From positions 24,366,001-24,430,000 of the forward strand of contig OZ024743.1 in the NCBI GenBank assembly GCA_964016885.1: 64,000 nt of DNA, read 5' to 3'. This document shows, piece by piece, positions 1 through 14,984 of the stretch (its first letter is position 1; each line of letters starts with the position of its first letter). A program made the translations under genes and the position numbers. The notes below the pieces were generated by a model. The model made no database searches, had not been told where the DNA came from, and worked only from the letters and a program-made list of their open reading frames with translations. The stretch is from Eledone cirrhosa. Taxonomy: Eukaryota.

Positions 1-368
1 TATTGGCCACAAGGGCCGACATGTGGGGTACAATACATAATGATAATAATGATAATACGATTTTAATTAATAATTCTTTGTTTTTACACATCAAAATATT
101 TACACACTTTCATTATTTCGATTTACTAGTATTTTCTTCTTCTTCTTCTTCTTCTTCTTCTTCTTCTTCTTCTTCTTCTTCTTCTTCTTCTTCTTCTTCT
201 TCTTCTTCTTCTTCAGCTGCTGCTGTTGCTGATAATGATGATAATAAATACTTTGCAACAATATGTAACGATGATGATCAAGTAATATTATTATTATTAT
301 TGTAACCATCATCATCATTGCTATCACCATTAATGCCATCGTCACCATATTCCTTATACACTGTCACC

Positions 369-403
<35 letters not shown>

Positions 404-733
404 TAGCTTTAAGTGTCACCATTATTGAAGGTAATCATGTAATACGTTGAGAAAACCGGAAACGGAAATTGTGAGCCCAGTAACAGTTCCATGTCATTGG
501 TCAGCTGAAGTGCATCTTTGGATTATTTTAAGAAGTTAAGTTTTGTCTTTTTAAACTCCATATTAATGGAGGCAATGCGCGGCTGTTTCCTGTCTTTTCA
601 TCCTGCTGCCAGAAGCTAGGAGTCTTCTAAGACGCCTGACCACAATGCACCGTGACTCACATCTTTCATAAGCTCATCTTCTCGCCAGACTTATCACAAT
701 TTCATACTGCTGCTTCCACTCCATACTTTTCAT

Positions 734-770
<37 letters not shown>

Positions 771-771
<1 letters not shown>

Positions 772-1759
772 GGGCGCCTGGCACACTGAGTGTGCCCAGG
801 CGCTCACCGCCCTCTGGCAGGCGGATCCGGTTATCAGTGGAGACTCCACCGCAACATTCTATAGAGGGCTAGTACGCAGCAGGTGCGACGACGCCCTCGG
901 AGAAGCCCTAGACATGGAGGAGGACGAACTGGCCAGCCTGTTCGGTAGGACATTCAGCCCGGGACCTATGGACAACTTCCAGAAGTCCCTGGCCTGGCAG
1001 TGCTACCGAGGGGCTTTACCCGTTCGAGAAAGGCTCTACAGACACGGGCGCCCGGGTAGGGACCCCGCCAAAAAGATCTGTCCCAGATGCGTGTGCGACG
1101 AGGAAACCGTTGCACACGCATTAGTACACTGCTCGGGCGTAGCCGATCTGTGGGGCTATGTCGAACAACTGCTGTCAAGGGTGGGACCGATCCGGTTGAC
1201 CACCGAGTCTATTGTAATGATCAAGCCGCCTCCCCCCTTCAAAGATGAAGCAGAGGCGGTGTTTCTGTGCGTAATAGCCATGGCGAAAGAGGTTGTATGG
1301 TGGACGCGTCTGAAAGGACTGAGGTCGGGCACCTTTCTCTCTGGCCAACAACTGGTCCGTTTCTTCCGATATCATTTCGGAAGAAGGATCAGGATGGAGA
1401 GAGAGGTGCTGCACCCCAGCCGTTTCTATGAAAGATGGGTGAAAGTGGCGAGAATGGCCCGTGTGAATGGGCCTTCACTCTACATCAGACTATAGGTGAG
1501 GAAGATGAAAGACCAAGGGAGCACCCCTTCTCTGTGCTCCTGAGGAGAAGGGTTGCACACTTTTTTCGGGGGTGTGTGCGACCCCCCAAGGCGCCTCCTC
1601 TCTATTGAGGATTTTGTTAAAAATTTTATTTTTTGTTATATCTTATTTTATTTTTATATTTTGTTATTGCCTCCTCCTTATTGAGGACGCCTTTTTGTGT
1701 AAACTCCCCCCTTTGTACTTGTCCCACTTTTGATGCCCTAGTGGCAAATAAAAGAAATA

Positions 1760-1760
<1 letters not shown>
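771..1760 (+). mobile_element. 5'-truncated L1/Tx1-type LINE (ORF2 C-terminus + 3' UTR)
   Basis: ORF 914-1495 has the CPRC...ETVAHALVHC zinc-binding motif and closely matches ORF 16202-16828. It ends ...AATAAAAGAAATAT and is flanked on both sides by (TATC)n. Confidence 0.92.
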
Positions 1761-1798
<38 letters not shown>

Positions 1799-1817
1799 AC
1801 ATCAATTCATGTATGTC

Positions 1818-1861
<44 letters not shown>

Positions 1862-1953
1862 TTATATATATATAATATATATATAATATATATATATATA
1901 TTATATATAATATATATATATATAATATAATATATATATAATATATAATATAT

Positions 1954-2062
1954 AATTATTTTTACTTTTGGCACAAGGCCAGCAATTATCCCAGTGCATT
2001 ACTGGTACTTTATTTTATCGACCCCGTAAGGATGAAAGGCAAAGTCAACCTCGGCGGGATTT
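1954..2062 (-). mobile_element. SINE family A (tRNA-derived, Nin/Deu-like core), truncated
   Basis: Contains GGCACAAGGCCAGCAATT...TTTATCGACCCCGTAAGGATGAAAGGCAAAG, shared with about a dozen copies in the window. Confidence 0.8.
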
Positions 2063-2072
2063 AATATATAAT

Positions 2073-2147
<75 letters not shown>

Positions 2148-2153
2148 ATATTA

Positions 2154-2241
<88 letters not shown>

Positions 2242-2242
2242 C

Positions 2243-2403
<161 letters not shown>

Positions 2404-3152
2404 ATATTATATACATTATATATATATATATATATATACATATACATGCGTGGGTGTGCATGTGTGTGTGTGCATATTTATGTGTGCGTTTATCAATATA
2501 GTGGGTCTATCTGTAGATATATCAATCTTCATTTATTTTTATTTTGATATATTTACTTCTATCAGATCTGTTTAACATGCTGAATACACTACCATTCTCT
2601 CTCCTACTCTCGCTCCCTCCTTCTCTCTCTCTCTCCCTCCTCCTCCTCTCTCTCTCGCTCTATCTATCTATCTATCTATCTATAACATATCTATAACATA
2701 GCTATAACATATCTATCTAAATTTAAATAAAGAAACATATCTATTTATCTGTCTCAATCATTGCCGTCTGTACCATTTCAAGATTCGTTTCTTTCTCTTT
2801 GCCTTTTATCTGTCCCTCAAACTACCCAGATAATCATTCTTGTTTCTCATTCGCACTTTGTCCTTCATTACTATTTTGTCCTCACGCTTCTATTTGACTG
2901 TCTAATTGTCTCCTTAGTGTTCTAGCCCTCTCTTACATTTTGCAAATAAAACCATTCTTTCTTCTAACATTATGAGGACGAAAGCAAATATAAGCACTCA
3001 CATATGCACAAGATAACCGCATACACTATTATGTATATGTCTATATCGGGTATTCAAGAAGTGATGTCTTGAAGCATTTAAATGTTTTTTTTTTTCTTCT
3101 CTTTATAAACATGAAAGACTAATGGGCATCCGTATTTCGAAATTGCATATAT

Positions 3153-3246
<94 letters not shown>

Positions 3247-3486
3247 ATGTGTGTGTATGTGTATGTAGTTGGGTGGGTTGTGTGTATGTGTGTGTTCGCA
3301 CACATATATACATAAACATATATATATGTATACACATATATACTTATATATCTGTATCTATAATATATATATATATGTGTATATATATATACACACATAT
3401 ATATATATATATATATATACATACATGTTTATATTTATATATATATAGGATGAAAGAGACAGACAGATAGAGAGATAGATAGTTAT

Positions 3487-3567
<81 letters not shown>

Positions 3568-4156
3568 GATAGACAGATAGATAGATGGGCACGGGCTGAT
3601 TATTGATAAAACATTCCTCTTTGTTCGTCTACTTTAAGATTTGTCTAGCTCTTCATTCCTTAAGACGATTTTTTGTCGGTCTTTATCATGGCTACTGGTC
3701 AATCACCCATTTAGCTGTCTGATCTACAACGCTTATCTATTTCTTTGTCTGACCTTCTTATAAATAGGTGTTTATGTTTGAATGGAATGTGTGTATATGT
3801 GCATGTGTGTGTATATTTATATATACATGTGTGTGTGTGTGCTTGTGTATGTTTTTATATATATATAAAGCGATGACGCATAGTGAGACACGAATACACA
3901 GAGTTTATATCTCACTGTTGCTTCCTTTCATTCTCACTCTCTTTTGCTTTCTCTTCTACATGTTTTTTAATCTTTTTCACATCTATAGAAGAATTCTTCG
4001 GAATGCTAACTTTCCTAAATATTGCATCGTAAGGTTTCATTTTTCTTTAACTCGTTGTTGACGCGTTACAGCCAACGATATTCATGTATATACACTCAAA
4101 CACACACATACACACATACACACATACAGATATGTGTACGTATACACACACACGCA

Positions 4157-4280
<124 letters not shown>

Positions 4281-4427
4281 CATATATATATATATGTAGA
4301 GGTTATATTTAATTTGTTGGGATACAACAAGCAACATATTTTATAACTGATATAAAGCACTCAACAAATTATTGGAGTAAATATACAATATATTAACAAA
4401 TGGAAACTATATTTATAAAACCATATT

Positions 4428-4493
4428 TATTTCATTATACATATTTCAAGGGCCACCAGAGCAAACTATGGTGCGCTTTCATCAGATAAAATA
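4428..4493 (-). ncRNA. type-I hammerhead ribozyme motif (minimal stem III)
   Basis: Minus strand reads UAUUUUAU CUGAUGA AAGCGCACCA..UGGUGGCCCUU GAAA UAUGUA UA AUGAAAUA. The downstream tail is shared with the motif at 9785-9850. Confidence 0.72.
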
Positions 4494-4968
4494 TAACATA
4501 GGTTAGTTTTATAAATAAATATTGACATACCCTTAAAAAATGCAACCATTCTGGTTGGAATCTCCTATCCAGGAGATTCCAACCATTCTGTGTTTGTGTG
4601 TGTGTGAGTGTGAACACAGTATCTTGAAGTTAGTGTGTTTTACATCGATATAGTTGTATTATATATTCCTGGGGTCGATAAAATAGAGTACCAGTAATGC
4701 ACTGGGATAATTGCTGGTCTTGTGTCAAACGCAGAAACAATTATATATTCCTATAACAGATATATAATAGGTATATAATAGATATATAATAGATATGTAG
4801 ATGGAAATAGCAATGAAAATTATAGATGGTCGTGTCTCATATTTTGTGAGGGTAATAGATGAGGGATCCCAATATCGATTCTATGTGTATACATTCCTAA
4901 TGGATTATAATGTATTTAATACCCATTACACCTGAGAATGTGAAAGTAAGGTATGAGTGATAAGCCTT

Positions 4969-5192
4969 AATCGACAGTCGATCGACTTTCGTCAAATCGG
5001 ACCAAGGAAACAATGTTTCCATTGGTCTTTCCAATTGCTAATACTATCTATCAGTCGCAATTCCGGGTAGAAGGAGCAACGTGAAATAAAATATCTTGCT
5101 CAAGGACATAACGCATCGCCCAGTCCGGGAATCTGACTCACAACCTCACGATTGTGAATCCAATTCTCTAACCACTCAACCACGCGCCTCCA
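4969..5192 (-). mobile_element. SINE family B (tRNA-like head)
   Basis: Contains GTGAAATAAAATATCTTGCTCAAGGACATAACGC...CTAACCACTCAACCACGCGCCTCC. A homologue lies at 61750-61965. Confidence 0.75.
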
Positions 5193-5567
5193 GCCTTAAT
5201 ATTAGATCTAAATTTGACACATTTACAAGTAGATAACATACGGGGAATGTATGATGGTAACAAGGGTCCATTACCCGTCAGAAATTAAACAAAGGGCTTC
5301 TCTGGGAGGTCCTAAACTGTAATTTATTCAGTTATCCCAATACACCACATTTAGAAATGTCTTATTCATCTTTCCCCTGTAGTTTATTTCCATTTCATGG
5401 TTAAAAAACACTGTCAGTTGTCTGATATTTTTAATTTGAATGGACAACTTTTTTAGTATGTTTGAAATGTATGTATGTATGTATGTATGTATGTATGTAT
5501 GTATGTATGTATGTATGTATGTATGTATGTATGTATGTATGAATGTATGTATGTATGTATGTCTCTT

Positions 5568-5739
5568 ATGAGCTCCTTTGCCCTTTGACAGGTTTTGTTT
5601 TTAGTCCTGCAGGATGTCAAAAGTCACCCTCCTCACCAAGAAGCCTTGGTGGGGTTGCCAGTTTAGTCACCAACGACCCGACCATGAGACAGGTTCTACT
5701 GGGATACATGTTACCAGTAGCACCAACTGGTGACCTGAC
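5568..5739 (-). mobile_element. 5' part of a ~600-bp non-coding dispersed element
   Basis: Reverse complement of 34388-34560, lying between (ATGT)n/(TACA)n tracts. Confidence 0.8.
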
Positions 5740-5889
5740 ATATATACATATATATATATATACATGTATACATATATACACATATATATATACATACATA
5801 CATATATATATACATACATACATACACATATATATACATACATACATACATACATACATACATACATACATACATACATACATACATAC

Positions 5890-6481
5890 ATGGTGGCTGT
5901 CAACTCGTTTTCGAGTACGGCCACTACTTTATATCCATGTAGGAGAACCCCTACCGATACGCTGAACGAGTATGACGTTTTAGTCCAGCCAGCGACTTGA
6001 AAACTCTGGTACAAACACTACACTTGTGACAATTATTGACACATAGTGCTGGGCTCATGTTACCATATGACGACAAGTGTAGAGAGATCTCCAGATATAA
6101 AGCAATGCCTGTGCCGTGAAGCTTTTATAGTGAGCAAAGGCACTGCACAAAGCCAGTCCCACTCTCTTAACCAAGATGATATTTACCAACAAGAAGAACA
6201 AGTCAACATCATTGGATACCATCAGGGTTGCAGGTGTTATATCAGAGTTTTCCTTCTAGAATTCTGCCTTGACAAAAGCTAAGGGGTCATCTCTCCCGGT
6301 GATTTTGGATGGCCATTGACTATTAAGAGCTCCTTTGGCCTTTGACAGGTTTTGTTTTTAGTCCTGCAGGATGTCCAAAGTCGCCCTCCTCACCAAGAAA
6401 CCTTGGTGGGGTTGCCAGTTTAGTCACCAACGACCCGACCATGAGACAGGTTGTACTGGGATACATGTTACCAGTATCACC
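5890..6481 (-). mobile_element. ~600-bp non-coding dispersed element, nearly complete
   Basis: Reverse complement of 34402-34997, with a (ATGT)n tail. Confidence 0.85.
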
Positions 6482-6891
6482 GGGAGAAATGACCCCTTAG
6501 CCTTTGTCAAGGCAGAATTCTAGGAGAAGGAAAACTCTGATATAACACCTGCAACCCTTTTGGTATCCAATGATGTTGACTTGTTCTTCTTTTTGGTAAA
6601 TATCATCTTGGTTAAGAGAGTGGGACTGGCTTTGTGCAGTGCCTTTGCTCACTATAAAAGCTTCACGGCACAGGCATTGCTTTATATCTGGAGATCTCTC
6701 TGCACTTGTCGTCACATGGTACCATGGGCCCAGCACTATGTGTCAATAATTATCACAAGTGTAGTGTTTGTACCAGAGTTTTCAAGTCGCTGGCTGGACT
6801 AAAATGTCACACTCGTTCAGCGCATCGGTAGGGCTTCTCCTACATGGATATAAAGTAGTGGCCGTACTAGAAAACGAGTTGGCAGCCACCA
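6478..6891 (+). mobile_element. 5'-truncated copy of the same element, head-to-head with the previous copy
   Basis: Inverted repeat of 5890-6300, followed by (ATGT)n. Confidence 0.85.
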
Positions 6892-6962
6892 TGTATGTAT
6901 CTATGTATGTATGTATGTATGTATGTATGTATGTATGTATGTATGTATGTATGTATGTATGT

Positions 6963-7212
6963 CATGGCATTCTTCTAGGAGAAGGCAACTCCGACATAAA
7001 ACCTGCGGCTCAGTAGTTACCAATGATGTTGATCTTTTCTTCTTTTCGGGTTACAGCTACTGTCGCTCAGAGAGTGGAATTGGCTCAATGCTCAATCTTT
7101 CCTCACTTTCAAAAAATCTTCGCGCACAGGCATTGCATTATAGCATTAACTGATAATTATTAATAATGTTATATCGTGCATTGGCCATTCTCGATAACGA
7201 GGAGGCAGCCAT
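6963..7212 (+). mobile_element. diverged relative of the ~600-bp element
   Basis: Shares TTCTAGGAGAAGGCAACTC, CAATGATGTTGA, GCACAGGCATTGC and the GGCAGCCA end. Confidence 0.6.
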
Positions 7213-7286
7213 TATGTATGTATGTATGTATGTATGTATGTATGTATGTATGTATGTATGTATGTATGTATGTATGTATGCATGTA

Positions 7287-7690
7287 TGACCCCTTAGCCT
7301 TTGTCAAGGCAGAATTCTAGGAGAAGGAAAACTCTGATATAACACCTGCAACCCTGATGGTATCCAATGATGTTGAATTGTTCTTCTTTTTGGTAAATAT
7401 CATCTTGTTCAAGAGAGTGGGACTGGCTTTGTGCAGTGTATTTGCTCACTATAAAAGCTTCACGGCACAGGCATTGCTTTATATCTGGAGATCTCTCTGC
7501 ACTTGTCGTCACATGGTACCATGGGCCCAGCACTATGTGTCAATAATTGTCACAAGTGTAGTGTTTGTACCAGAGTTTTCACGTCGCTGGCTGGACTAAA
7601 AAGTCACACTTTTTCAGCGCATCGGTAGGGGTTCTCCTACATGGATATAAAGTAGTGGCCGTACTCGAAAACGAGTTGGCAGCCACCATG
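7287..7690 (+). mobile_element. 5'-truncated copy of the ~600-bp element
   Basis: Near-identical to 6490-6891 and flanked by (ATGT)n on both sides. Confidence 0.85.
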
Positions 7691-7744
7691 TATGCATGTA
7701 TGTATGTATGTATGTATGTATGTATGTATGTATGTATGTATGTA

Positions 7745-7915
7745 TGTCTTTTCTTCTGGTTTTATAATTTCACAAATGTTTGCCAATAGAGAGAGAGTCG
7801 GTTTCTAACATAGACACAAGACTCTCTCATTGGAATTTACACATCAACTAGGTAGATTTGTATGCATGTCTGCTTGCATGCATGTGTGTGCAGGTATGGA
7901 TGTTATTGTATGTAA
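7745..7915 (+). repeat. dispersed repeat, inverted copy at ~58070-58235
   Basis: AGAGAGAGTCGGTTTCTAACATAGACACAAGACTCTCTCATTGGAATTTACAC occurs here and as its reverse complement near 58140-58195. Confidence 0.75.
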
Positions 7916-8346
7916 TTATGTATATATGTACGAATGTATGTATATATGTATGTATGTTTGTAAGTATGCATGTATATATGCATGTATGTATGCATGTATG
8001 TATGTATATGCGAATGTATGTATGCATGTATGTATGTTAGTAAGTATGCATGTATATATGTATGTATGCATGTATGCATGCAAATAATTTTTACTTCTTT
8101 TTTAATAGATTGATTAATCATGTAGATGCAATAAGGCTGGGGCCACTACATGATCGCAGAACATTTTAAAAATAGCAGCCAAATCCTACTTTATTTCCTT
8201 AACAGTCACTATATAATGTAATCCTAAATACAGCCGTTAAAATATCGGGGTGTAACATGACAGGATTTACCTTTATCATGTACACACCAGACATGCATGC
8301 AGATTAATGGTTGGGGTGTCTTTGATCTCAGCTATACACATATTCA

Positions 8347-9171
<825 letters not shown>

Positions 9172-9356
9172 ATATATATAATATTATATAATATATATAT
9201 AATATATATAATATTCTTATTAATTGCTTTTAATTGTAATACTCAACATTTGATAAGATGAATTTTAATAATACATCGAAACCGGTAATACTTTATATAC
9301 TTTATATACATTATAAAACTCTTTTTAAAAAGAATAATCCCTCTCGTTTTTTCAAT

Positions 9357-9453
9357 AATTGTTTCTACTTTAGGCACAAGGCCAGCAATTACTCAGTTTA
9401 TTACTGTTACTTTATTTTATCGACCCCGTAAGGATGAAAGGCAAAGTCAACCT
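9357..9453 (-). mobile_element. SINE family A, truncated
   Basis: Same core as the copy at 1954. Confidence 0.8.
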
Positions 9454-9784
9454 TTTCAATAATGTCATCTTCTCAATAATGTCACTTTGACGAATCAAAG
9501 AAAATTAAGAAAAAGAACAACAGGCCCTAAAATATATTTTCCGTGCTATTTCCAACTTCACCTCCTCTTTCTCTCTCTTTCTCTCTCTCTCTCCCTCTCA
9601 CTCCCTCTCTCTGTATATGTATATATGTGTATATATATATAACGAAAAGAACGAACGAACAATAAGATGCAATAATATAAAGTTTATTACTTTCACGCTT
9701 GGAATAGTTGGATTCTCGATGTGTATCCAGAGGTGATCATACTTACAAAAATTAGTCATAGGCTATATAAGACTGTTTATATTG

Positions 9785-9850
9785 TATTTTGTCTGAAGAA
9801 GGCATAACATATTTTTAATATGATATGCCTGAAATATATATAATGAAATA
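9785..9850 (+). ncRNA. type-I hammerhead ribozyme motif (minimal stem III)
   Basis: Reads UAUUUUGU CUGAAGA AGGCAUA..UAUGCCU GAAA UAUAUA UA AUGAAAUA, with a 7-bp stem II and a palindromic stem/loop III. Confidence 0.75.
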
Positions 9851-9890
9851 AATATGGTTTTATAAATATAGTTTCCATTTATTTAATATC

Positions 9891-10017
<127 letters not shown>

Positions 10018-10045
10018 TAAAGAGAGCGAGAGAGAGAGAGAGACA

Positions 10046-10487
10046 CAGGTTGATAACTGACAGCGTTTAAGCGTAATAGGTGTGTATTCTTTCCTTTTGA
10101 TTGGTCCCTTTTCTCTTCTTACTAAATAAGGTTTGGTTTTTGCTTTTGAATAAATGCCTATATTAGGTGATATTCAAGTTGTTAGAGTCTCACTATCAAA
10201 GAAAGTACAATTTTTCGTAACGAAAAGTTTTACTCGTGGAACACATCACAGACTTTTCAGTATCGGTCGAAACCAACTATAGCCAGCCAGTTGGCACTAT
10301 ATGCAATGGAGCATATCCAACCGATGTTTTCACAAACGATAAATACAGAAAATATATAAAGGAACCAAATAAATATATATTTAAAAAAAAAAAGACTCCA
10401 GTTGCATTTTCGATTTTATCTTTTTTCCTTATACTTTCATTCGTGTTGGACATCTCGTTTTTTTTCATTTTGCAAAAAAACCCTCAC

Positions 10488-10568
<81 letters not shown>

Positions 10569-10730
10569 TATGTTGGCTTATATGTATACATATATGTGGG
10601 GATGTTTATTTGCATATAGCATACAGAAAACATTGATAGTGAGGCTATCATAATTTGTATATAAACATACAGTATATGCTTACATATACACACCTATTAC
10701 GCTTAAATGTTGTCTGTTAATTATCTACCT
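10046..10730. mobile_element. non-coding element with ~45-bp imperfect terminal inverted repeats
   Basis: GACAGCGTTTAAGCGTAATAGGTGTGTAT pairs with ATACACACCTATTACGCTTAAATGTTGTC. Confidence 0.5.
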
Positions 10731-11107
10731 ATGTATATATCTATTTATCTCTCTCTCGCTATCTATCTATCTATCTCTCCCTCTCTCTATGTATGTATAT
10801 ATATATATATATCCTCATCATCGTCGTCGTCGATCTAACTGAGGTTAGACTATATATAGTCTAACCTCAGTTAAAACGACCACGACGATGATTATGATAT
10901 ATACACATGTATCTGTGTATCTTTCTATCCCTCCATTTGTTTACATGTATCAATATATATATAAATATAGATTAGATATTAGACATATCAAAACGATTCG
11001 TGTATTCTTCTAGTAGACTATATATTTTTCAATGAATCGATGAATCAATAAATCAGATCAAATTAATATTACCCTCTTTCTCTCACTCCTTCTTTCACTT
11101 TTTTTTC

Positions 11108-11225
<118 letters not shown>

Positions 11226-11281
11226 CTGCGTGCATCTATGTATGCGTATATATATATGTATATATATATAGAGATAGAAAC

Positions 11282-11361
<80 letters not shown>

Positions 11362-11929
11362 ATATATATATACATACATATATCCTTTTATGAGAATACA
11401 TTCAATTTCTGCCATACATACAAAACACCGCCACCACCACAACCATCACCACCACCAGCATCAACAACGGTCACGACAACACAAAAAAAAACCACTATCA
11501 CCATTATCAACACTGTATCCACTACAACAGCAACCATCTTCGACTTACCATAATGATATTTAGAATCAGGGACAAATAGAAGAAAATGAATCAATAAAAG
11601 TATTTTCAAAAAATACCGACCAAAAAACACGCCAAAAGGTAACGGAAATCTGACGGGAGCGCAAAAAAAAGAAAAAAAGGTGTAGCTAAAGAAACTACGA
11701 AAGGAATAAATGGAAAAAATAAAGCAAAGAATTAAAGAAAGCAGGCAAGAAAGAGAAAAATAGAAGGAAGAACTATAACGTTAACCACCATTTGTTAACT
11801 TCAAAAGAAACTTTAAAATTTGTTTCTTTTCTTTTTGTTTTTTGATTCATGGCAGTTACTTCCGATGGCAAAGTATAAGGAAACAGAAACAAAGCAAAAC
11901 TTACTATATTATATATATATATATATATA

Positions 11930-11996
<67 letters not shown>

Positions 11997-12032
11997 ATAT
12001 ATATATATATTCATATATACATATACATACAT

Positions 12033-12114
<82 letters not shown>

Positions 12115-13416
12115 ATGTACGAATATATGTACGTATATGTGTGTGTATGCATACATATATATATATATATATACATACATAGATAGATACGTGCTTATAT
12201 TTATATACACAAACACAGATACTTATAAAAACCATATACGTATAAAAAACACACACATATGCATGAAAATAAGGAAGTGAGCAAAAGAACATTAAAATGA
12301 AGAGACACCTAAGTAGTCGCCATTATAATCCATATAATTTTCTCGCACGAGCAGCTTTCCATAGTTATATGCTATGGCCGTCATTATTCACATGGTAAAG
12401 ATATTTTCACATAAACACACCATCGTGTCCAATTCCTTTTTGCTGTTTCCTTGTTTTTACAGACATGTTTCTTTATCTCGGGCAACGAATGAATCGATTC
12501 TTAACTTAAAATGGTCAATGCTTAAGAACGGTGAAAACCGTTTTTTTTCTTATTATTTTTCCTATATTTTTTTGTTCATTTTTGTTTGCTCTTGGTACTG
12601 TTGTTGTTATGTTGTTGCTGCTGTTGCTGTTGTTGTTTTCCTCCAGCCACGTCTTTATCACCTCTTTCTTTTTCATGTCTTTCTCCATCGTTCCCACCTA
12701 CATTACTTTCTCATTACACACATAAGTCATATTCATCATATATATATATGTGTGTGTTACCGTATCATCTATTAACGTGCGGGAACGTTGTGTTTCTTTC
12801 CTTGCCTTCTCTCCCCCCCCCCCTCTCTCTTTCTCTCTCTTCCGTTCTCTCGGTATCTGCGTAGCACACACACACACATACATCTATATGTGTGTGTGCA
12901 TCTTCGTGTGTTTCATTTCTGAGTAGTGGCCACACCAGAGTAAATGATTCTTTAAACCACTTTGCCCAATCCTTCCCTCACACTATCTATTCCTTTCTAT
13001 CCAGTTATCTCCCTTTCATAAATGCACACATATACTCTCAAATACACATATATACATATACACATATACACATATACACATATACACATATACTCTCATA
13101 TACACATATACACATATACATATATATACATACACTCTCCTATACACATATATACATATACACATATACACATATACTCTCAAATACACATATATACATA
13201 TACACATATACACATATACACATATACTCTCAAATACACATATACACTTATACACATATACACATATACTCTCAAATACACATATACACATATACACATA
13301 TACTCTCATATACACATATATATCGTCGTCATCATCATCATCATCATCATCATTATTATTATTTTTATCATCATCATTATCAGCAGCATCATCGTCATCA
13401 TAATCATCATTTACAC

Positions 13417-13501
<85 letters not shown>

Positions 13502-13705
13502 CTTAGCATTACCGTCATCGATCTTGTTATCATTTCCAATCTTGATACGGCTTTCACTAATTTTCCACCTACGGCTCTTTATCAACACTCTCTCTATGTT
13601 TTCGTCCTGTGCCGTCATAATGTTTTTTTTTATATAAACACTTTGTGGTTAATAAAGAAATCATTATCATCATCATCATCATCATCACCATTATTATTAT
13701 TATTA

Positions 13706-13949
13706 TTGTTCTTTGGGTCTCAGTCATTGATGTTATTGGAATAAATATCAAGCCACTACCTGCAGCCTCAGACATTCAGGACGTATCGGAGAGTTCTTGC
13801 TGTTCCCAGCAAGCATGCCTTTTGAAGTGTACCAAAAAAACGGGGCTGGACTAATCTTCTTTAACCATCCTTGGAAACTCTTTGAGATAGTACCTAGTGC
13901 GACTATGACAATCGGGACGACCTTGATTTCATGGCAGTTCCAAATCCAA
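13706..13949 (-). mobile_element. R4/Dong-clade non-LTR retrotransposon, 3' fragment
   Basis: Minus strand translates WNCHEIKVVPIVIVALGTISKSFQGWLKKISPAPFFGTLQKACLLGTARTLRYVLNV*, typical of the end of the restriction-like endonuclease. Flanked by (TAA)n on both sides. Confidence 0.85.
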
Positions 13950-13988
<39 letters not shown>

Positions 13989-14984
13989 CATCATCATCCT
14001 CATCACGACCACACTGATCAATAGGACTGTTACCACACCATAGAACCCATTTTTTCTTGTTCTTTCGTTTCACCCCATCCTCTTTTATATCAATATCGCT
14101 ATCATCATATTCTTGGCTTCATGCTGGTCATGGGGCTGTCTTCCTTTTCATCACCATTTTCCTCTTATTGTCGGTCGTTTTAAATAAGTAAACCTCCCTA
14201 CATTGAAGTATCTCAATAAATTCCAATACGTTCTCGTTTGTAAATTCTTTTTTCGAACAATAGAGCAATACACTTAGGGGACCTTCTCAACTTTGGTTTG
14301 CTGCTGCAAAAAGCCTAGTGGGTCATGAATAATTAACAAAGAAAAGACTGCGATCTAGTTTGCTGCTTTGGAAACTTTAACATCTACCGACAGAATAATA
14401 AGAAACGATTCCATAATGCCAAATTTTCCCTCCAGCCTGTTCATGTTACTCCAAGGAGACCTACATTTAATTGAATCAATTCCGAAATGCCCTTTTTATT
14501 TTCTTTCTTTTTTATAATCTTTGTATTTCCCTTCTATATTTGTTTCATTTCTTTCTGTCTTTTACCCATGCTTCCCTTTCCTTCCCTTTCCTTTCTCTCT
14601 CTTCCTTTCTTTATCACTGCCTCACCCTTACTCTTTCCCTCATTTTTGGCTCGCATTTTTATTTCTTTTCTTCCATATTCTTTTTCTCGTAAATCGACCA
14701 TTGGTCAAAACTTCACCAGGCGGTCGTATTCGATATCCTATTTATCTATTTCTAACTATCTTATAATTCTTTCTTTTGCACAAGTCTCTGAGCATTCGTC
14801 AATCCACAATGAAAATAAAAATTGATAAATAAATAAAATAAAAGATTAAATGAATATCTATTTCAGAGACAAGTAATAATGGTGGCCTGTCGAATAAATT
14901 TGTAGTTACCTTTCCATTTGATCACCAATCCGGATCTTGTCCTAATAGGACACCGAATCTAGTTGTATATTGAATAGGGTCTGA

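Noticed and set aside
6046-7599. Repeated ~79-aa ORFs (MLGPWYHVTTSAERS...)
   Set aside because: They recur only because the DNA element is repeated. No protein motif is recognisable, and both strands are open.
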